Origin: an uncultured Clostridia bacterium
GTDB taxonomy: Bacteria; Bacillota; Clostridia; Tissierellales; Sedimentibacteraceae
DNA length: 55,583 nt
Reading direction: 5' to 3'
Assembly (NCBI GenBank): GCA_937875315.1
Contig: CALNCE010000020.1
Location: 1-55,583, forward strand
The number at the start of each line of letters is the position of its first letter. Within the stretch, counting starts at the first letter, position 1. Below, in pieces: positions 50,145 through 55,583 of the stretch. The position numbers and the translations under genes are program-made. The notes below the pieces were generated by a model. It had not been told where the DNA came from. It saw nothing but the letters and a program-made list of their open reading frames with translations, and ran no database searches.

Positions 50145-50849
50145 TTATACTGCAGGGATACACACACTTGTTCCTACAATTAGAAAGTTTGCCGGTCTCA
50201 AATGAGGATTTGCAATAAGTAATTCTGAAGGTGTAATATTATTAGCTATTGCCACCGTTGAAAGACTGTCTCCTGCTTGAATTACATATTCTGTAGTTGT
50301 TTCTGCAGGGCACTGCATAAATGCTTCCGGCGGTATGCACAGGTCAGTTCCGGGCACAATAATATTAGGATTGAAATTTACATTTGCATCTCTTAATTCA
50401 TTTATGCTTAAATTGTAAGATATGAGTATATCACTTAATCTTGTTCCTTCTTGTATAGTCACTAAAGTACCGAAAGGGCACCCTGCAGGAACATTAGGTA
50501 TGCATATTTCCTGACCTACCTTCAAGTCATAGGGATTTGCTTCCGGATTGGCTTCTAATAGCAAATTCAAAGGAATACCATATCTTTGCGCAATATTATA
50601 AAAACTATCTCCTTCTCTTATTGCATAATAGGCACCGTTAATACACGGTGGTCTTTCAGGAACCCTTGGAACACATATGGTCATTCCTTCCGTTAATGAC
50701 CTTAATCTTAATGTAGGATTTAATTCAATCAGCCCCACTAAATTCGTTCCAAATCTTGCTGCGATGGAATTCAATGTATCTCCCGGCCGCACTTCGTATG
50801 GCATTGAATATATATTAGGGCATAATTGCTGATTTTGTCTATAAATCAC
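50145..50849 (-). CDS. Four-LysM-domain protein, probable spore cortex/coat protein
   Basis: Four YxVxxGD-like...NP...GxxICxP repeats, no signal peptide. Confidence 0.85.
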   Translation of the reverse strand: MIYRQNQQLCPNIYSMPYEVRPGDTLNSIAARFGTNLVGLIELNPTLRLRSLTEGMTICVPRVPERPPCINGAYYAIREGDSFYNIAQRYGIPLNLLLEANPEANPYDLKVGQEICIPNVPAGCPFGTLVTIQEGTRLSDILISYNLSINELRDANVNFNPNIIVPGTDLCIPPEAFMQCPAETTTEYVIQAGDSLSTVAIANNITPSELLIANPHLRPANFLIVGTSVCIPAV

Positions 50850-50923
50850 TATAATCACCTCATATTATAATTTGTTAGTTTATAATATTCATGAGATAGT
50901 GAATGTTTCCATAATATACTTCT

Positions 50924-51367
50924 TTACTTTATTTCAAACTTTTTTCTTTCTTCAACGGCTAATTTGTCACACCTCTCATTGTAGCTATGACCCTTGTGCC
51001 CGGGTACATGAACAAATTTTACCTTGTGTACCTCTGAAGCTTTTAAAAGTCTTTGCCATAATTCCTTGTTTAAAACTGCTTTACCGTCAGATTTTTTCCA
51101 GCCCTTTTTCTGCCAGGAATCAATCCATCCTTTATTGAAGGAATCCGTAACATATTTTGAATCAGTTACAATTGTAACATTGCAGGGCTCCTTTAATGCC
51201 TCAAGACCTGTAATAACTCCCATAAGCTCCATTTGGTTGTTAGTTGTATTTTCTTCACCGCCTGAAAGCTCAACTTCATGTCCCTTGTATTCCAATATTA
51301 CCCCATATCCTCCAGGGCCCGGATTCTTGCTGCAGGCTCCATCCGAATATATGTTGACTTTTTTCAT
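50924..51367 (-). CDS. rnhA: Ribonuclease HI
   Basis: YSDGACSKNPGPGG, TTNNQMEL, TDSKY, GHKGHSYNERCD. Confidence 0.96.
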   Translation of the reverse strand: MKKVNIYSDGACSKNPGPGGYGVILEYKGHEVELSGGEENTTNNQMELMGVITGLEALKEPCNVTIVTDSKYVTDSFNKGWIDSWQKKGWKKSDGKAVLNKELWQRLLKASEVHKVKFVHVPGHKGHSYNERCDKLAVEERKKFEIK

Positions 51368-51370
51368 TTA

Positions 51371-52552
51371 TTACCCCTTGTTTTTAATAAACATTACTCT
51401 TAGTATTCCATAATGCTCTTGTAGTTCATTAAGTTTATCCTCATTGAACTCACCAATTACGTCTATTATATTGCAAGCATAGTCACCTTTTGATTTATTG
51501 ACCATCCCTATGATGTTGACATTGTAAGATGCAAGTGCAGTTGTCATTTTACCTATCATATTGGGAATATTCTTATTCAATACAACAATCCTGTCTGTTC
51601 CCGGATATCTGTCCATGGAGCAGTCGGGAAAATTAACGGAATTTGTAATGTTGCCATTTTCCAAATATTCGGTAAGTTGTGTAGCAGCCATTTCTGCACA
51701 GTTTTCCTCGGCTTCAATTGTAGAGGCTCCTAAATGGGGAATGCATAATGTATTTTTTGCTCTTAAAAGCTTTTCATTGGGCAGGTCAGAAACGTGATAA
51801 CCTACCTTGCCATTTTCCAAAGCTTCTATTAAATCATCCTCGTTGATTACTCCATGGCGGGCAAAATTCAAAATTACTACACCGTCCTTCATCAATTTAA
51901 TATTATCTTTATTTATTCTATTTTTTGTTTCATTATTATAAGGAACATGAATGGTAATATAATCGCTTCTTTTATAAAGATCATTAATATCAACCGTATA
52001 TTGAACATCCCAAGATAATGCCAATGCGTTTTTTATAGAAATATAGGGGTCATGTCCGATAACTTCCATTCCTAATTTCACACCGAGGTTTGCAACAAGA
52101 TGTCCCACATCCCCAAGTCCAATAACACCTAAAGTTTTTCCTTTAAGCTCCCTGCCCACAAATTGCGACTTACCCTTTTCCACAGTTTCAACAACGTTGC
52201 TTTCTAATTTCTTAGTCCAATCAATACCGTCTATAGCCCTTCTTGAGCTCATTAAAAGCCCTAAAAATGTCAGTTCGCAAACTGCATTGGCATTCGCTCC
52301 GGGTGCATTAAATACAACAATACCCTCTTCTGAGCATCTATCAACAGGTATATTGTTCACTCCTGCTCCTGCCCGGGCTATTGCCTTTAGCGGCTTAGAA
52401 AATTTCATGTCATTAATATCCAAGCTTCTAATTATTATTCCGTCAGCTTCTGATGTAACTTCCTTTATTAAGCTGTATTTATCCTCGGGAAACAAATTCT
52501 TTGTTACCTGAGGTATATTACAAAATAGTGCTATTTTGTACATTTTGTCCAC
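51371..52552 (-). CDS. serA: D-3-phosphoglycerate dehydrogenase with ACT domain
   Basis: RAGAGVNNI, GVIGLG, NFAR, PHLGASTIEAE, NSVNFP, C-terminal ACT. Confidence 0.88.
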   Translation of the reverse strand: MDKMYKIALFCNIPQVTKNLFPEDKYSLIKEVTSEADGIIIRSLDINDMKFSKPLKAIARAGAGVNNIPVDRCSEEGIVVFNAPGANANAVCELTFLGLLMSSRRAIDGIDWTKKLESNVVETVEKGKSQFVGRELKGKTLGVIGLGDVGHLVANLGVKLGMEVIGHDPYISIKNALALSWDVQYTVDINDLYKRSDYITIHVPYNNETKNRINKDNIKLMKDGVVILNFARHGVINEDDLIEALENGKVGYHVSDLPNEKLLRAKNTLCIPHLGASTIEAEENCAEMAATQLTEYLENGNITNSVNFPDCSMDRYPGTDRIVVLNKNIPNMIGKMTTALASYNVNIIGMVNKSKGDYACNIIDVIGEFNEDKLNELQEHYGILRVMFIKNKG

Positions 52553-52650
52553 GTCCTCCTAAAGTATATTAAAGATTAGTATACAACCTAAATAACAGAA
52601 AATCAAGAGATAAAAAAATGCGACCTCCTTGGCCGCACTTTTGATAAGTA

Positions 52651-52791
52651 CTATCTGCAGAATCCTCTACCGAAGAAGCTGTTTCCTCCTAACAGGAAAA
52701 ATATAATCCCCAATATAATCAGCCATTCAATCCAATTATTAGAGCTGTCATCGCAGCATCTATAATTTGCAGCTCTTACTTCATCTGACAT
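52651..52791 (-). CDS. Unannotated 46-aa single-TM protein, YjcZ/SscA-like sporulation peptide
   Basis: MSDEVRAANYRCCDDSSNNWIEWLIILGIIFFLLGGNSFFGRGFCR; RBS GAGAGGTG; own terminator at ~52612-52642; SigK-like promoter upstream. Confidence 0.75.
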   Translation of the reverse strand: MSDEVRAANYRCCDDSSNNWIEWLIILGIIFFLLGGNSFFGRGFCR

Positions 52792-52864
52792 ATAATTCAC
52801 CTCTCTTAATTTATAATTCAATATATGTCAGATAGAAAAATATGTGATACCCAAGATTTTTTTA

Positions 52865-54025
52865 TTATAAAATTTCTATTGTTGAACATACCTTCTCAAT
52901 TAATTCTTCAACATTTAATTTACTTTCAGACCTTTTTATATTCTCAAGCTTAGGATTTATTAAAGGATGCTGTGGAGCAAAAACTGAGCAACAATCATCA
53001 TATGGTAAAATTGAAGTTTCATAGGTGCCTATTTCTCTTGCAATTTCTATTATTTCGGATTTGTCCAATCCCACCAAGGGTTTAAGAATAGGCATATTAA
53101 TTGCATTTTCAATAACAGCCATTGACTTCATGGTTTGGCTTGCAACCTGGCCTAAACTTTCTCCCGTAATAAGCATATCCATTTTATTTTCTAAAGCAAT
53201 TTTTTCTGCAATGCGCATCATAAACCGCCTTGCCAATATGGTAGTTTCTTCTTCCCTGCAAAATTCTCTTATCGCTTTGTGGATTTCAAGCATATTAATG
53301 TTGTATAATTTTATTTTCCCGCAATACTCTTCAAGCTTTTGTTTTAACTTCACTACCTTTTCATTTGCTCTCTCAGACGTAAAAGGATATGTATGAAAAT
53401 AAAGCGCATTTATTTCAACACCTCTTTTTGCAATCATATATCCTGCGACGGGACTGTCAATTCCACCTGACAATAAAAGCAGTGCCTTTCCGTTTGAACC
53501 TACGGGAAGGCCTCCCAATGTTTTTATTTTTTCAGAAGATATGTAGCAGCATTTTTTTATATCAATAAAAACTTCCACATCAGGTGCATGTACATCAACT
53601 TTTACCGAGCTGAAATTCTCCAAAATTTTGCTTCCTACTAAAGCACTGAAATCCATTGAGCTAAAAGGAAATCCCTTGTCAGTTCTCTTGGTCCTGATTT
53701 TAAACGTTTTAATATCCTGTTTATTTATAAGATATCTAAACAGTTCAATTGTTTTTTCAATAATTATATCGGGGGCTTTTGTTGTTTTAATTGATGGGCT
53801 TATATTTGATATGCCGAAAATTTTTCTTGCCTTTCCGACTATTTCACCCATATCTGCTTCATTTTTTGTTTCAACATATACCTTGCCTGAATCTTTGTAT
53901 ACGGAAACATCGTTAAATTCTTTAAGGGCATATTTTATCTGCTCAATTAACTTATGCTCGAATGAACCTCTGTTTTTTCCTTTTAAAAATAATTCTCCAA
54001 AACTTACTGCAGCTATATTGTACAT
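52865..54025 (-). CDS. thiI: tRNA 4-thiouridine synthase ThiI
   Basis: GELFLKGKNR, THUMP domain, LLSGGIDSPVA, GESLGQVASQT, PYDDCC. Confidence 0.96.
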   Translation of the reverse strand: MYNIAAVSFGELFLKGKNRGSFEHKLIEQIKYALKEFNDVSVYKDSGKVYVETKNEADMGEIVGKARKIFGISNISPSIKTTKAPDIIIEKTIELFRYLINKQDIKTFKIRTKRTDKGFPFSSMDFSALVGSKILENFSSVKVDVHAPDVEVFIDIKKCCYISSEKIKTLGGLPVGSNGKALLLLSGGIDSPVAGYMIAKRGVEINALYFHTYPFTSERANEKVVKLKQKLEEYCGKIKLYNINMLEIHKAIREFCREEETTILARRFMMRIAEKIALENKMDMLITGESLGQVASQTMKSMAVIENAINMPILKPLVGLDKSEIIEIAREIGTYETSILPYDDCCSVFAPQHPLINPKLENIKRSESKLNVEELIEKVCSTIEIL

Positions 54026-54026
54026 A

Positions 54027-55172
54027 TTATCCCCTCTTTGTTATGCTTCTTATATCTTTAACTGATTGTTTAATATTTTCAATAACATATTCTACTTCTT
54101 CAAGATTGTTGAAATGACCCAAACTAATGCGTATGGTTCCTTCCCGGTATTCCTTGCCAAGATTTATTGCATCTAATATCCTGTTATCTCTTGATTTTGA
54201 AGAGCATGCAGAGCCGGTGGAAACGTAAATATCCTTGTCTTCCAAATAGTGAACCAATACTTCCCCGGGCACATTTTTAAAGGAAACGTTAATAATATGA
54301 GGAGCCCCATCTGCCGGACTGTTTATTTTAATATCTTCAATTTCTTCTTCTAACTTTTTTACATAAGTATCTTTTAAGCTGTAGAGTTTATTTGTTTCTT
54401 CATTAAAGCTATCATACACTAACTCACAAGCTTTGCCAAAGCCTATAATTCCTGTTGTGTTCTCTGTTCCTGAGCGTATTCCACTCTCTTGACCGCCTCC
54501 GTAGATTAATGGAGCTATCTTTAAACCTGAGCGTATATACAATCCCCCAACGCCCTTAGGTCCATGAATTTTATGGCTGCTGAATGTCAATGTATCAACC
54601 GGAACTTTATGTACATCAATTTTAATTTTCCCATAGGATTGAACCGCATCTACATGCAGTCTTGCATTTTCATTTTTTCTTTTTATGGTTGATGCAATTT
54701 CATTCAGCTGCTGTACTGTGCCTATCTCATTATTAACATGAATTATTGATACAAGAAGAGTGTTTTCATCTACCATATCATAGAGCTCTTGAGTGTTTAT
54801 TCTTCCGTTTTCATCCGTATCAAGATACTTAACTTGGCATTTATCTTCAATATGTTTAAAAACATTGTATACTGAAGGATGCTCAATTTTAGTGGTGATA
54901 ACACTGTTGTGTTTATTTAAGTTTGTCAGATGTCCGAAAATTGCAATATTGTTGCTTTCTGTTCCTCCTCCGGTAAAATATGTCTCCTCCGGTTTTGCAC
55001 CTATTAATTTAGCTGAAGTCTTTCTTGCTTCATCAATTTTCTTTTCAACCACAAGTCCCATTCTATGCAGTGACGAAGGATTTCCGTAAAAATTTTCGTT
55101 TGCATCAATTATTTCTTTCAATACTTCATCTCTTACTTTTGTTGTTGCACTGTTATCCAAATATACTTGCAT
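54027..55172 (-). CDS. iscS: Cysteine desulfurase (IscS/NifZ-type, ThiI partner)
   Basis: YLDNSATT, GNPSSLH, HVDAVQ, SSHKIHGPKG, STGSACSS. Confidence 0.93.
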   Translation of the reverse strand: MQVYLDNSATTKVRDEVLKEIIDANENFYGNPSSLHRMGLVVEKKIDEARKTSAKLIGAKPEETYFTGGGTESNNIAIFGHLTNLNKHNSVITTKIEHPSVYNVFKHIEDKCQVKYLDTDENGRINTQELYDMVDENTLLVSIIHVNNEIGTVQQLNEIASTIKRKNENARLHVDAVQSYGKIKIDVHKVPVDTLTFSSHKIHGPKGVGGLYIRSGLKIAPLIYGGGQESGIRSGTENTTGIIGFGKACELVYDSFNEETNKLYSLKDTYVKKLEEEIEDIKINSPADGAPHIINVSFKNVPGEVLVHYLEDKDIYVSTGSACSSKSRDNRILDAINLGKEYREGTIRISLGHFNNLEEVEYVIENIKQSVKDIRSITKRG

Positions 55173-55297
55173 ATTTACCTCTCTGTTTATTTTACCGGTT
55201 ACAGTTCACACTGAATTAATTCGTCATCCGCCGTAGCGAAGGATTTCGAAACATTAACCGGGATTATTCGTCAAACCGCGAAATTTGTAAAAAAAGC

Positions 55298-55421
55298 TTG
55301 CATAACGGTTTTATGTTTGCTATAATTATTATTGGTTATCCCCCCCGATAACCAAATATATTCCCAATACCCCTTTTATGCATATTAATGCTTCACAACA
55401 ATGGCCACCAGGCCATTTTTG
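55298..55421 (+). ncRNA. Candidate ~90-nt small RNA with own SigA promoter and terminator
   Basis: TTGCAT-17-TATAAT with extended TG (55298-55326); hairpin UUGGUUAUC-CCCCCC-GAUAACCAA; second C-rich tract; terminator AAUGGCC-ACCA-GGCCAUUUUU. Confidence 0.6.
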
Positions 55422-55424
55422 TGT

Positions 55425-55490
55425 ATGCCCTAACCCCATTTTTCAGAATGGTTTTCTCTGAAAAATGGCGGTAGGTCAACCGCACAGAAT
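55425..55490. repeat. Palindromic repeat, uninterrupted relative of the 33921-34047 flanks
   Basis: CCATTTTTCAGA / TCTGAAAAATGG perfect 12-bp stem within ATGCCCTAACC...GCGGTAGGTCA. Confidence 0.65.
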
Positions 55491-55494
55491 GCCA

Positions 55495-55583
55495 CTATTC
55501 GATCTCTTTCCTGATTTCCTCCAAATACAGCCCCGACACCTTCTTCACAACTTCATTTTCTGAAGAATTAAATACCATTTGGT
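55495..55583 (-). CDS. 3' end of an unidentified gene entering from the right edge
   Basis: Open frame ...QMVFNSSENEVVKKVSGLYLEEIRKEIE* ending at TAG 55495-55497. Confidence 0.5.
   Translation of the reverse strand, partial: QMVFNSSENEVVKKVSGLYLEEIRKEIE

Noticed and set aside
52651-52791. Alpha/beta-type SASP (sspA), expected after iscS-thiI by Bacillus synteny
   Set aside because: The peptide is hydrophobic with a TM segment and lacks SASP motifs such as KxEIAxE.

Overview
AT-rich (low-GC) chromosomal segment of an anaerobic, probably spore-forming Firmicute (Clostridia/Tissierellia-like; inferred from gene content and order). Most genes are on the - strand. Housekeeping blocks: smc (partial), radical SAM, rnc, acpP, plsX, rpmF, yceD, ackA, cobC/cobS/cobU, tmcAL, a 9-gene A/V-type ATPase operon, ylbJ, rnz, two tandem NSS transporters, a uracil permease, DUF401, dprA and comM; at the right end a sirtuin, a polysaccharide deacetylase, sporulation-type genes, rnhA, serA, thiI and iscS. 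The main find is a ~14.7 kb, 15-gene operon (31876-46568, - strand). It is headed by a Moco-family riboswitch lacking stem P3 (the variant associated with tungsten cofactor) with a terminator expression platform. It encodes SLH- and lipid-anchored proteins with about nine sulfite-oxidase-like molybdopterin-binding domains that lack the Mo-ligating Cys and any Tat signal. It also encodes flavinylation-motif proteins, a NapH/NosR-like membrane ferredoxin, a complete ECF transporter, an extracellular phosphatase, a cytoplasmic small-molecule kinase and MobB-FeS. I interpret this (inference) as a candidate Mo/W-cofactor scavenging and salvage system. Other finds: nested REP/MITE-like palindromes, an unannotated C-rich sRNA candidate and small unannotated ORFs. 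Family assignments come from motif recognition by eye, not database searches.
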